Below, in pieces: positions 28,390 to 37,299 of a stretch of DNA of 64,000 nt. The stretch is from assembly GCA_009692485.1 (NCBI GenBank), contig SHZB01000001.1, positions 48,960 through 112,959 on the forward strand, written 5' to 3'. The notes under the pieces were generated by a model that saw nothing but the letters and a program-made list of their open reading frames with translations, searched no databases and was not told where the DNA came from. Numbering within the stretch: the first letter of the stretch is position 1; the number at the start of each line of letters is the position of its first letter. The translations under genes were made by a program, and so were the position numbers. Source of the stretch: Myxococcales bacterium. GTDB lineage: Bacteria; Myxococcota_A; Polyangia; Polyangiales; Polyangiaceae.

Positions 28390-28416
28390 GACCGTAGGCC
28401 CCCAGTCACGTCAACC

Positions 28417-28461
28417 CGCGTTGATTTCGGCCGCGTTGATTTCGGCCGCGTTGATTTCGGA
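28417..28461. repeat. 3 x 15-bp tandem repeat (GCGTTGATTTCGGCC) in a divergent intergenic region
   Basis: Units 28417-28431, 28432-28446 and 28447-28461. Located between the 871-aa gene start and uppS. Confidence 0.9.
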
Positions 28462-28493
28462 GTCCGGCTCGGGGATAAGACTGGCCGAGAGCC

Positions 28494-29219
28494 GTGCCGC
28501 TGATCGAAGCCAGAAATCTGCCGCGCCACGTCGGCATCATCATGGACGGAAACGGCCGTTGGGCCGAGCGCCGCCGCGAGGATCGAAGCGCGGGTCACCG
28601 GGCGGGCAGCAGCTCCGTGCGTCGCATCGTGCGCGTCTCGCGTCGCATCGGGATCGAGGCGTTGACCCTCTACGCCTTCAGCTTTCAAAACTGGGCACGC
28701 CCCGGCGAGGAGGTCGACTCGCTCATGGCGCTCTTGCACGACTACCTCCTCAGCGAACGCGCCGAGATCCTCGAACAGGGGATCCGGCTCGCTGCCGTGG
28801 GGGAGCTCGATAGCCTCCCCGAACCGGTTCGCATGCTGCTCGACGCGTTGTGCGCGGCGTCGGCACACAACTCCCGTATGACCCTCACTCTCGCGCTCTC
28901 TTACGGCGGCCAAGAAGAGATCGCCTGCGTTGCGCGCCAGTTCGCACGCGAAGCACGGGCCGGGACGCTCGATCCGGAGCACATCGACGCCCACCTCTTT
29001 GCATCACGCCTCCCGAGCCAGCGAGTTGGCGCGCCCGACCTCATCATTCGCACCGGCGGCGAGACGCGGCTGAGCAACTTCTTGCTTTTTGGCAGTGCCT
29101 ATGCAGAGCTGTTTTTCAGTGATCGGCTGTGGCCCGAGTTCAGCGAGGCCGACCTCTTCGAGGCGATCGCAAGCTACCAAGGTCGGCAGCGTCGCTTCGG
29201 CCAAGTCGTCGAGTACTGA
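28494..29219 (+). CDS. uppS: isoprenyl transferase (undecaprenyl-diphosphate synthase)
   Basis: HVGIIMDGNGRWA, LTLYAFSFQNWARP and DLIIRTGGETRLSNFLL. Confidence 0.93.
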   Translation: MPLIEARNLPRHVGIIMDGNGRWAERRREDRSAGHRAGSSSVRRIVRVSRRIGIEALTLYAFSFQNWARPGEEVDSLMALLHDYLLSERAEILEQGIRLAAVGELDSLPEPVRMLLDALCAASAHNSRMTLTLALSYGGQEEIACVARQFAREARAGTLDPEHIDAHLFASRLPSQRVGAPDLIIRTGGETRLSNFLLFGSAYAELFFSDRLWPEFSEADLFEAIASYQGRQRRFGQVVEY

Positions 29220-29231
29220 GCCTTCATTCGC

Positions 29232-30053
29232 ATGGCCGCATCGAACCTGACGCTCCGCTTCTTGACCGCCGTGGTCGCGGTTCCGCCGCTCCTTGGGCTC
29301 TTGTTTTTCGGTCCCGACTGGGCGTGGCTCATCTTCTTGACGGTCGCCGGCGCGGTGCCCAGCGCGCTCGAGATCTTCGGCATGGCGTTCCCCGGAGATC
29401 GCCGCGCCAAGCTCGTCGGCGTCGCCTTTACCTGCGCCGTGGTTCTCTCGATCTATGCGTGGCCATCGAGTCCGCGCGTGCTCGTCACGACGCTGCTCGT
29501 GCTGCCCTTCGCGTCGATCGTCTTTGCCCTGTGGCGACTGCGCGACATTCAGGCGTCGGCCGTTCAACTCGCGCTCACGACCTTCGGCCCCTTGTGGATC
29601 GGCACGGGTGTCGGCTCCGTCGCGCTCATCCGCGTGGTCGGCGGGACCGACGGTCCGGCCTACGCGCTGGTGAGTCTCGTGCTCGCGTGGCTCGGCGACA
29701 CGGGCGGCTATTTCGCGGGGCGATTTTTCGGCAAGCACAAACTCTTCGAGCGCGTGAGTCCGAAGAAGACCGTTGAGGGCGCGATCGGCGGGATGGTAGC
29801 GGTGGTCCTCGGTGTGCTCGGCTTGCGCGCGTGGCTCTTGCCCTCGATGCCGGTGCGCGACGCCGTCGTCCTCGCCGTGCTCGGCAGCGTGCTCGGCACC
29901 CTCGGCGATCTCGGCGAGTCCCTTCTCAAGCGCTCGGTCGGTGTCAAGGACTCGGGCGGGATCGTCCCTGGCCATGGCGGGATGCTCGACCGCATCGACG
30001 CCGTTCTACTGACCGGGCCGCTCACGCTCTTGTACCTCGTTTGGAACCGTTGA
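29232..30053 (+). CDS. cdsA: phosphatidate cytidylyltransferase
   Basis: SLLKRSVGVKDSGGIVPGHGGMLDRIDA signature. Multi-TM. Confidence 0.9.
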   Translation: MAASNLTLRFLTAVVAVPPLLGLLFFGPDWAWLIFLTVAGAVPSALEIFGMAFPGDRRAKLVGVAFTCAVVLSIYAWPSSPRVLVTTLLVLPFASIVFALWRLRDIQASAVQLALTTFGPLWIGTGVGSVALIRVVGGTDGPAYALVSLVLAWLGDTGGYFAGRFFGKHKLFERVSPKKTVEGAIGGMVAVVLGVLGLRAWLLPSMPVRDAVVLAVLGSVLGTLGDLGESLLKRSVGVKDSGGIVPGHGGMLDRIDAVLLTGPLTLLYLVWNR

Positions 30054-30080
30054 AGACTGGCGCAAACCCCCGGAGTCCGC

Positions 30081-31403
30081 ATGAACGATTCGCTAGTCCC
30101 CAGGCAGTCTTCGCCCAATTTGTCTTCGACCGGAGCGCCGGCAGCCGAACGCTACGATTTTTTCGGCGTGGTCCAGGGCTACCTTCGCGAAGCGGCGGCG
30201 CTCGTCGAGATGCCGGCAGAGACCCTCGCGATTCTGAGCCAGCCGAAGCAAGAGATCATCATCCACTTTCCGGTGCGGCTCGATGACGGAACGGTGAGCA
30301 TGTTCAAGGGCTACCGCATCCAACACAACAACATCCTCGGGCCCTACAAGGGCGGTCTTCGTTACCACGCGGCCGTGACCCTCGACGACTGCAAGGCGCT
30401 CGCGTCGATGATGACGTGGAAGTGCGCGCTCATGAATTTGCCCCTCGGCGGTGGCAAGGGCGGCATCAAATTCGACCCGCGCAAATTTTCGCAGAACGAG
30501 CTCGAGCGCATCACGCGCCGCTTCATCCACGCGCTCGGCTCGAACATCGGCCCATGGCACGACATCCCGGCGCCGGACGTCGGCACCAACGCGCAGACGA
30601 TGGCGTGGGCCATGGACACCTACGTCAATACCGTCGGCTACCTCGCGCACACGAGCGCGAAGGGCGTCGTCACCGGCAAGCCGCTCGCATCCGGCGGCAC
30701 CCTCGGTCGTCCGAAGGCCACCGGCCAGGGGCTCGTCCACTGCATCCGCTATTGGGCCGAAGAAAAGGGCTTTGCGCTCGAAGGCGCGACCGTGGCCATT
30801 CAGGGCTACGGCAACGTCGGGTCCTACTCTGCCGCGCTCTTGTCGAAGCTAGGCGTGTCGATGATCGCGGTCGGCGATCACGGTGGGTATCTCCACAGTC
30901 CCGAGGGTTTCAACCCACACAAGCTGCACGAGCACGTTCGCAAGAACGGCAGCGTCTTGGGCTATCCATCGGGCGAGCCGATCACGCGGGAGCAGTTCTT
31001 TCGCATCAAGTGCGACATCTTCGTTCCAGCTGCGCTCGAGAATCAGATCGGTGTTGCCGAGGCGCGCGCGCTCGACACGAAGCTCGTGGCCGAAGGTGCG
31101 AACGGTCCCTGCAGCCCCGACGGCGAGCGCATCCTGCTCGAGCGCGGCATCGACATTTTGCCCGACGTGCTCGCCAACAGCGGCGGCGTGACCGTCAGCT
31201 ATTACGAGTGGGTGCAGAACAACCGCTCGGAGTCGTGGACGCTCGAAGAGGTGGACGAGCGGCTCGAGGTGGCGATGAAGCGCGCCTACCGCAAGACGAT
31301 GGAGATGGCGCGGCAGAAGAACACGACCGCGCGCATCGGCGCTTATTGCGTCGCGCTGCAGCTGCTCATGACCGTGTACGCCGAGCGGCAAATCTGGCCG
31401 TAG
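30081..31403 (+). CDS. gdhA: Glu/Leu/Phe/Val-family dehydrogenase (glutamate dehydrogenase)
   Basis: MTWKCALMNLPLGGGKGGIKFDP and IQGYGNVGSYSA (NAD(P) binding). 440 aa. Confidence 0.9.
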   Translation: MNDSLVPRQSSPNLSSTGAPAAERYDFFGVVQGYLREAAALVEMPAETLAILSQPKQEIIIHFPVRLDDGTVSMFKGYRIQHNNILGPYKGGLRYHAAVTLDDCKALASMMTWKCALMNLPLGGGKGGIKFDPRKFSQNELERITRRFIHALGSNIGPWHDIPAPDVGTNAQTMAWAMDTYVNTVGYLAHTSAKGVVTGKPLASGGTLGRPKATGQGLVHCIRYWAEEKGFALEGATVAIQGYGNVGSYSAALLSKLGVSMIAVGDHGGYLHSPEGFNPHKLHEHVRKNGSVLGYPSGEPITREQFFRIKCDIFVPAALENQIGVAEARALDTKLVAEGANGPCSPDGERILLERGIDILPDVLANSGGVTVSYYEWVQNNRSESWTLEEVDERLEVAMKRAYRKTMEMARQKNTTARIGAYCVALQLLMTVYAERQIWP

Positions 31404-31491
31404 CGGCCCAAGCTCGAGCAGGCCAAGGGGCCTTCGACGCGCGGTTGTGCGTGGGCGCGCGGGCGGGCCGCGAGCTGGCGGGCCGCGAGCG

Positions 31492-31515
31492 AATTGTAGT
31501 CAATCGACTACAGTT
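31492..31515. other. AT-rich 10-bp-stem palindrome between convergent gdhA and ygfZ
   Basis: AATTGTAGTC-AATC-GACTACAGTT. It is preceded by a GGCGGGCCGCGAGC x2 direct repeat (31462-31490). Confidence 0.5.
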
Positions 31516-31521
31516 GAGGCG

Positions 31522-32499
31522 TCACTCCGCGTGGGCGTCCAGGCAGCTGACGACGAAGGGTGCGCCTTCGATGAGAAGCTCGGTGCCGCTCAGGGTTTGC
31601 TTGTAGCGCACCATGCCGATGGCGAGGACGCGCTCGCCGTCCGTGACGACGCTCGTGACCTTACCGACGGACTCCCCAGAGCTCGTCGTGATCTCGCTGC
31701 CGGCGCGCGGAGGCGTCGCGCTCGCGGAGCCGATCAGTCGCACCAGGCGCTTCTGCACGTGACCACGCTTCTCGAGCATGAACACCGCCTCTTGCCCGAC
31801 GTAGCAGCCCTTCTCGAAGGACACCGCCAAGGACTCGAGCGTCGCCTCTTGCGGAAAGCAGCCAACCTCGAAATCGACACCGAAGCGCGGCAGCATCCGC
31901 TCGATTCGGATTCGGTCCCAGCCCATCGGCGTGGCGAGCACGACGCCCGGCGCACGGCACAAACTATCGGCAAGACTCGGCGCCGCATGTCGCGGGAGCA
32001 CCATCAACGCCGTAGTCAGCTCGCCGAGCACGCCCATCGTGCCGACCCCTCCGAGAGCGCGCGCAGCGGCTGCGACGGCTTCGGACTCAGGGCCGTGTGC
32101 GAGCCACCATACGAGCGAGTCGTCGACCGAAAACTCCGCGTCTTCCATCACGAGATAAAACTCGAGATGTTCCCGCACCTTGGCCAAGAGATCGCGTCGT
32201 ACCCCAACGAGCGCGCGGGTCTCGTCGAGCGCGATCCACGCTTCGGCCTGGATTCGGCCGGTCTTCGAGGTCATCAACGCGTAGGCGCCATTTCCAGGTC
32301 CGAGCGGCGCGAGATTGCAGGTCACCAGGCCCCCGAGCCAGCTCTGCCGATCGCTTCCGGTGACTTCAATCGTGGCAAGCTCGGGCATCGGACGGACGAG
32401 CGCGCCACGCTCGATCGCGCCCAGCTCGGCGGCGTACTTCGAGGTTTGGTTGTGCTCGCTCATGTCTCGCCTCCGGGCGGCGTGTCGAGCTTCATCCAC
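31522..32499 (-). CDS. ygfZ: folate-binding YgfZ/GcvT-like protein
   Basis: FEKGCYVGQEAV (K-G-C-Y-x-G-Q-E motif). Aminomethyltransferase-like fold length. Confidence 0.75.
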   Translation of the reverse strand: MDEARHAARRRDMSEHNQTSKYAAELGAIERGALVRPMPELATIEVTGSDRQSWLGGLVTCNLAPLGPGNGAYALMTSKTGRIQAEAWIALDETRALVGVRRDLLAKVREHLEFYLVMEDAEFSVDDSLVWWLAHGPESEAVAAAARALGGVGTMGVLGELTTALMVLPRHAAPSLADSLCRAPGVVLATPMGWDRIRIERMLPRFGVDFEVGCFPQEATLESLAVSFEKGCYVGQEAVFMLEKRGHVQKRLVRLIGSASATPPRAGSEITTSSGESVGKVTSVVTDGERVLAIGMVRYKQTLSGTELLIEGAPFVVSCLDAHAE

Positions 32500-32966
32500 A
32501 CGGCGGTCTGCTCACCCTCGTAGCAGACCTCTCCTTCGTGTTTGAATTCAAACTCGTAGCGCACGAACTTGCGGCCCTTCAAGACGCGCGTGCGTGCCGC
32601 GCGGGCGACGCACTCGATCGGCGTGCCCGGCGTGACGAGCTTGCGAAATACGACGCGATGGATGTGCGTGCCATAGCCAACCCAGCCCTCGGAGTGCCGC
32701 AAGCCGAAGATGTAATACGCGTGCACGAAGCCGAGCATTCCCGTTGCGTGGACCATCAACCCGCCTGCCACGTGGCGCGGGTGCCGGATCGGGTGCGTTC
32801 GTTGCGATCGCGTCAGCGGCATCTCGTCCGTCGTCGGCCAGCTGCAGCGCACCAAGCTTTTGTCGTGATCGATCTCGAGGAGGCGGTCGAGGAGCAGTGC
32901 CTCCGGGTGATACGGGCAGTCGTCGCGGAACGCCTGCTCGAAGGGGCGTGGCAAAGGAGCGTCCAT
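32460..32966 (-). CDS. hotdog-fold (FabA/FabZ-like dehydratase) protein
   Basis: IRHPRHVAGGLMVHATGMLGF resembles the His-containing dehydratase motif. Start set at ATG 32966. Low-specificity call. Confidence 0.45.
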   Translation of the reverse strand: MDAPLPRPFEQAFRDDCPYHPEALLLDRLLEIDHDKSLVRCSWPTTDEMPLTRSQRTHPIRHPRHVAGGLMVHATGMLGFVHAYYIFGLRHSEGWVGYGTHIHRVVFRKLVTPGTPIECVARAARTRVLKGRKFVRYEFEFKHEGEVCYEGEQTAVWMKLDTPPGGET

Positions 32967-33099
32967 CGCGTGCACGCATAGCTTGGCCGGTCCGCCGCTC
33001 GCCACCGAAATGAACACCGCCAGCTCAACGCTTCCACTTCCGTCGGCGAAGGCCTCGCTGCGCCTGGCCCAGTTCGCCGAAAGTTACGCTCTTCTCGCC

Positions 33100-34305
33100 T
33101 CAGTCGGCGAAGAGCTGCGTGACCCAGAGGGTCCCGTCGTGGTCGCGGGCAGTGCCGATGCCGATGCGCCGAAAGCCAGCGAATACGAGGTTTTCGCGAT
33201 GCGACGGGCTCAGCGAGAGTGCGCGGTGCGCGGCTGCGGGGTCGGCTGCGTGCGCGACGTTTTCACCTACCTGCGTGTGCACGACCCCCGCCTCGCGGAC
33301 GCGATCTCGAGGGGAGCCGTCGCCGGTATCGTGTGCCACCTGGCGACGCTGTCGCATCGCGCGCGCGTGGGTGAGGGCGAGGACGTCGAGCGCGGGATCG
33401 CGGCGAAGCGCTGGGACTTTCGCGCCGGAGCGCGACCTTGCCACGAGGCGAGCGAGAGCGTCTGCATCGCCGTGATCGCCGGCGGATCGGGGCGCAGCCG
33501 GGGCGGACTGCGGGGGCGAGTCGGATGGCTCGACGCCCGCGAAAATCCGCGCTTCGAGCACCGGAAGCGGACCCGAGTCGAGGGTCGCCAGCACTTGGAT
33601 CGTCCACGCCCCCGCGCGATCGAGGTTGAAGCGCGAGCGCACGCGGCCGCGCGAGAGACTGGTCGGGACACGCTTCGGAGACCCGGTCGGATCGAGTAGG
33701 ACGACCTTCGCATCGCTCGCATCGGCATGGATGAGCGCCGAGAGATCGACCCATCCATATTGGCGAACCGTGCGCGGCAAGGGCGAGAGCTCGGCGAGCA
33801 CATCGACCGTCGCTGCCGTGATCATCGTGCGGCCGGCGGCGTCGATTTCCTCGGCGAGGCCGCAGCGTCTCAGGTTCACGCCCGGCGGCGGTGCCTTCGT
33901 CCCGCGCTCGAGCCATGCATCGAATTTCTCTTCGAGCACACGCGGGCTCTCGGATGCGAGTGACCACACGCGTGGCCACGGTTGCGCGACGCCTCGAGCT
34001 TGGGCAAGCTCGGCGATGGCGGCGGCGGCGGGCCGAGCCTCGCCTCGGGCGCGCGCAGTCGCAAGCGCGAGCGCGACCCCATCGAGCGCGAGCGACCGAG
34101 AGCCGCAGCGTGCGTAGAGTTTTCCGAGGAGTCCGTCTTTCGGAGGCAGCGCAAGGTCGGCCCCACCAACTTCATGCGACCACCGCAACGGAGCGCTCGG
34201 CGACCCTGCGTCCGCCGTCCCCGAAGCGAGCACGGGTGCCAGCGTCAATGCCAGCGTCCATGCGAGCGGCCACGCACGAATTGCTGCGACGCGACGCACG
34301 GGCAC
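33100..34305 (-). CDS. secreted CAP/SCP (PR-1-like) domain protein
   Basis: Signal peptide. The C-terminal region HARAMRQRRQVAHD...ENVAHAADPAAAHRALSLSPSHRENL..RIGIGTARDHDGTLWVTQLF is typical of bacterial CAP domains. GTG start. Confidence 0.65.
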   Translation of the reverse strand: MPVRRVAAIRAWPLAWTLALTLAPVLASGTADAGSPSAPLRWSHEVGGADLALPPKDGLLGKLYARCGSRSLALDGVALALATARARGEARPAAAAIAELAQARGVAQPWPRVWSLASESPRVLEEKFDAWLERGTKAPPPGVNLRRCGLAEEIDAAGRTMITAATVDVLAELSPLPRTVRQYGWVDLSALIHADASDAKVVLLDPTGSPKRVPTSLSRGRVRSRFNLDRAGAWTIQVLATLDSGPLPVLEARIFAGVEPSDSPPQSAPAAPRSAGDHGDADALARLVARSRSGAKVPALRRDPALDVLALTHARAMRQRRQVAHDTGDGSPRDRVREAGVVHTQVGENVAHAADPAAAHRALSLSPSHRENLVFAGFRRIGIGTARDHDGTLWVTQLFAD

Positions 34306-34311
34306 AACCTA

Positions 34312-34377
34312 GCTCCCGTGCCCCGGCGGGTACAAGAAACCGTGGCTCCCGTGCCCCGGCGGGTACAAGAAACCGTG
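34312..34377. repeat. 2 x 33-bp perfect tandem repeat in a divergent promoter region
   Basis: GCTCCCGTGCCCCGGCGGGTACAAGAAACCGTG at 34312-34344 and 34345-34377. Confidence 0.95.
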
Positions 34378-34396
34378 GTAGCTTCCGCCGCGGGCG

Positions 34397-35872
34397 ATGG
34401 CGGAAGTCGGCGACGCAGCGAAGGTGGGTGCGATGACCGTCGGCCTTTGTGCCGCGCTTTTCGCAGGCTACCGCTTCGTGTCGCGCGCCTCCGACACCGG
34501 CAGCGGTTACACCGTGTGGGCCCACCTCCCGGACGTCACCGGCGTCGCGCCGCGCTCGCGCGTGATGGTGTCCGGAGTGCAGGTCGGCGTCGTGGATGAC
34601 ATCGCGCTCGCGGACGGAAAGCCGCGTGTCGACATCCGCATGCGGCCCGAATATCCGCTCTACGCCGACGCGGCGATCGGCAAGCGGGCGACGAGCCTGA
34701 TCGGCGAATACTTCATCGTGCTCACGCCGGGTACGCGCGGACTCGAGCGCATCCCGGACGGCGGTGAGGTCACGCACCTGATGCAGGACGCCACCTTCGA
34801 GAGCTTGCAAAATCAGCTCAAGGACATCCTCCTCGACGTCAAGGGGATCACCAAAAGCCTGCACGACACGGTGGGCAGCGACACCGGGCAGAAGAAGCTC
34901 GAGTCGGTCCTCGATCATCTCGCGTCCATGACCGAGCAGCTCGACAAGACCGTCACCGAGAATCGCGAAAACGTGCGTGCGACCTTGGAGAGTATGCGCG
35001 GCATCTCCGCGGACACGCGCCCCGAGCTTGCGGCCATCCTCGCCAACATCCGCGATGTCACCGCCTTCGTGAAGGCGACGACGCAGCCGTCCGACCCCGG
35101 AAAACCTGGCGGCGAGCTGCGACGTTCGATCGAGCGCGTGGACCGTGCGAGCGCCAGCCTCGAGTCCGTGCTCGGGCATGCCAACAGCGTGGCCGAGCGC
35201 ATCGACAAAGGTCAAGGCACGCTCGGAAGACTCTCCAAGGACGAGGCGCTCATCGACGAGGTAGAAGAGGTCGTCGAGGGCGTGGGCGATCTCGTCGGTG
35301 GCCTCAAGCGCACGCAGACGATCGTCGGGCTGCGCAGTGACTACAACTTCCTTGCCAACACGCTCAAGGCCTACGTCGCGTTGCGGCTGCAGCCGACCGA
35401 GGACAAGTACTACCTCATCGAACTCGTCAACGATCCGCGCGGCAAGCTCAGCATCGAGCAGATCGACGTCGACACCACGAATCCCAATGATCCGCCGCAT
35501 TATCGTGAGATCCGCACGGTCACGACGAATGCCTTTCGCTTCAGCTTTCAGTTCGCGAAGAGGCTCGGTCCCGTTACCGGTCGCTTCGGCGTGAAGGAGT
35601 CGACCGGTGGCCTCGGCATCGACTTGCACCTGCTCGGAGACCGGCTCGAGCTGAGCCAAGATCTCTTCGGCTTCGGCGAGCAAGTCACGCCTCGATGGCG
35701 CGTCGCGCTCGGTTACGAGTTCGTGCGATCGCTCTGGCTGCTCGGCGGCGTCGACAACCTCTTGAACGCAGATCGGCGCGACTATTTTTTCGGGTTGCAG
35801 CTGCGTTTCAACGACGAAGATCTCAAGACCGTGCTGCCGTTTTCGGGCAACGCGTTCGGCGCTGGCCACTGA
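34397..35872 (+). CDS. MlaD/MCE-domain protein
   Basis: N-terminal TM segment. GYTVWAHLPDVTGVAPRSRVMVSGVQVGVVDDIAL is the MCE core. Long helical and C-terminal region. No adjacent mlaE/mlaF. Confidence 0.75.
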   Translation: MAEVGDAAKVGAMTVGLCAALFAGYRFVSRASDTGSGYTVWAHLPDVTGVAPRSRVMVSGVQVGVVDDIALADGKPRVDIRMRPEYPLYADAAIGKRATSLIGEYFIVLTPGTRGLERIPDGGEVTHLMQDATFESLQNQLKDILLDVKGITKSLHDTVGSDTGQKKLESVLDHLASMTEQLDKTVTENRENVRATLESMRGISADTRPELAAILANIRDVTAFVKATTQPSDPGKPGGELRRSIERVDRASASLESVLGHANSVAERIDKGQGTLGRLSKDEALIDEVEEVVEGVGDLVGGLKRTQTIVGLRSDYNFLANTLKAYVALRLQPTEDKYYLIELVNDPRGKLSIEQIDVDTTNPNDPPHYREIRTVTTNAFRFSFQFAKRLGPVTGRFGVKESTGGLGIDLHLLGDRLELSQDLFGFGEQVTPRWRVALGYEFVRSLWLLGGVDNLLNADRRDYFFGLQLRFNDEDLKTVLPFSGNAFGAGH

Positions 35873-35983
35873 GCTCGCCGCCTCGCGCCGCAGTTTGCAT
35901 CATGAGCACCCGAGCGCTCTGTTAGCTTCAGCGCCGTACGCCAACACCACGCAGCGCGGCGATTGAGCGCCCACTGGAGTTTC

Positions 35984-37267
35984 ATGAAGCATCCCTCGAA
36001 GGTCCCGGCCGGGGCCGTGTCGCTCGCGCTCGTTCTCGTCGGTTGCGGCGATGGCCAGGGTGGCTCCCCGAGCCAGCCCGACGTCACGGGAACTACCTAT
36101 TACCAAGCGGCGAAGCCCATCCTCGATGGCCGCTGCGGCAAGTGCCATCACGAAGGCGGCATTGGCCCCTTCACGCTCGACTCCTTCGCCGGTGCCAAAG
36201 AGGTCGCCCTCGCGGTCAAGAGCGCCGTCGAGCAGCGCACGATGCCGCCGTGGTTGGCGAGCGATGGCTGTGCCGAATACGTCGGCGATCCCTCGCTCTC
36301 CGACGAGCAAATCGCGACGATCTCCGCCTGGGTTGACGAGGGCGCGCGCGAGGGCGATCCGCTCACCGAGGCCGCGAAGCTAGCGCCGGTCGTGAACACC
36401 GGGCTGAGCCGCACGGACCGCACGCTCGAGATGCCGGTCGACTACGTCGCGCAGGTCGAGCCCGACGACTACCGCTGTTTCGTCATCGATTGGCCTGAGA
36501 CCGAGACGACGTACGTCACCGGATTCCGCGCAAATCCGGGCACGTCCGAGGTCGTGCACCACGTGATCGCGTTCCTCATCGAGCCTGCGGATGTCGCCGC
36601 GATCGAGAAGCTTGACGCCGGCGAAGAGGGCGCTGGGTATACCTGTTACGGGGGCCCGGGGAACAACGAGGCACGCTGGATCGGCTCGTGGGCTCCTGGC
36701 GGACTCGGCTACGACTTCGTCCCCGGCACCGGCATCGAGATCGTGGCTGGCGCGAAGGTCGTCTTGCAGGTTCACTACAACACGCTGAATTCTGGCGCGC
36801 TGCCGGACCGCACCTCAATCGAGTTGAAGCTCGATGCGACCGTCGAGCGAAAGGCCTGGGTGCAGCCATGGGCGAATCCAAGTTGGCTCGACGGCGGCAA
36901 GATGATCATCCCGGCCATGACGGATGGCGTCGGCCACGAATTCGGCTTCGATCCGACGCCGTTCTTATCGGATGGCAAGCCGCTGCGGCTCTACTCGGCG
37001 GCGCTCCACATGCATGTCCTCGGACAGACCGCGCGCACCGAGATCCGACGCGCCGACGGCTCTACCGAGTGCCTGCTCGACATTCCGCGCTGGGACTTTC
37101 ATTGGCAGGGCGCCTACCGGTTCGCCGAGTCGAAGCTGCTCTCGCCGGGCGATGAACTGCACCTCCAGTGCACGTGGGACAACCCCACGAACAAGGACGT
37201 CGACTGGGGCGAGGGAACGACCGACGAGATGTGTCTCGGTGCGTACTACCTCGCGATCGACGAGTAG
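35984..37267 (+). CDS. lipoprotein with N-terminal cytochrome-c (PSCyt1-like CxxCH) module and PHM/DBH-like copper type II monooxygenase domain
   Basis: MKHPSKVPAGAVSLALVLVGCG lipobox. PILDGRCGKCHHEGG...MPPW. His/Met ligand pattern EVVHHV, LQVHYN, LHMHVL and TTDEMC, with spacings of about 71, 78 and 72 aa. Confidence 0.7.
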   Translation: MKHPSKVPAGAVSLALVLVGCGDGQGGSPSQPDVTGTTYYQAAKPILDGRCGKCHHEGGIGPFTLDSFAGAKEVALAVKSAVEQRTMPPWLASDGCAEYVGDPSLSDEQIATISAWVDEGAREGDPLTEAAKLAPVVNTGLSRTDRTLEMPVDYVAQVEPDDYRCFVIDWPETETTYVTGFRANPGTSEVVHHVIAFLIEPADVAAIEKLDAGEEGAGYTCYGGPGNNEARWIGSWAPGGLGYDFVPGTGIEIVAGAKVVLQVHYNTLNSGALPDRTSIELKLDATVERKAWVQPWANPSWLDGGKMIIPAMTDGVGHEFGFDPTPFLSDGKPLRLYSAALHMHVLGQTARTEIRRADGSTECLLDIPRWDFHWQGAYRFAESKLLSPGDELHLQCTWDNPTNKDVDWGEGTTDEMCLGAYYLAIDE

Positions 37268-37299
37268 CGCGGAGTCAGCGTCAGCGGCCAAACGCGCTC

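Noticed and set aside
34172-35869. 565-aa minus-strand ORF
   Set aside because: It is antisense to the MlaD/MCE gene, which has a clear domain signature.
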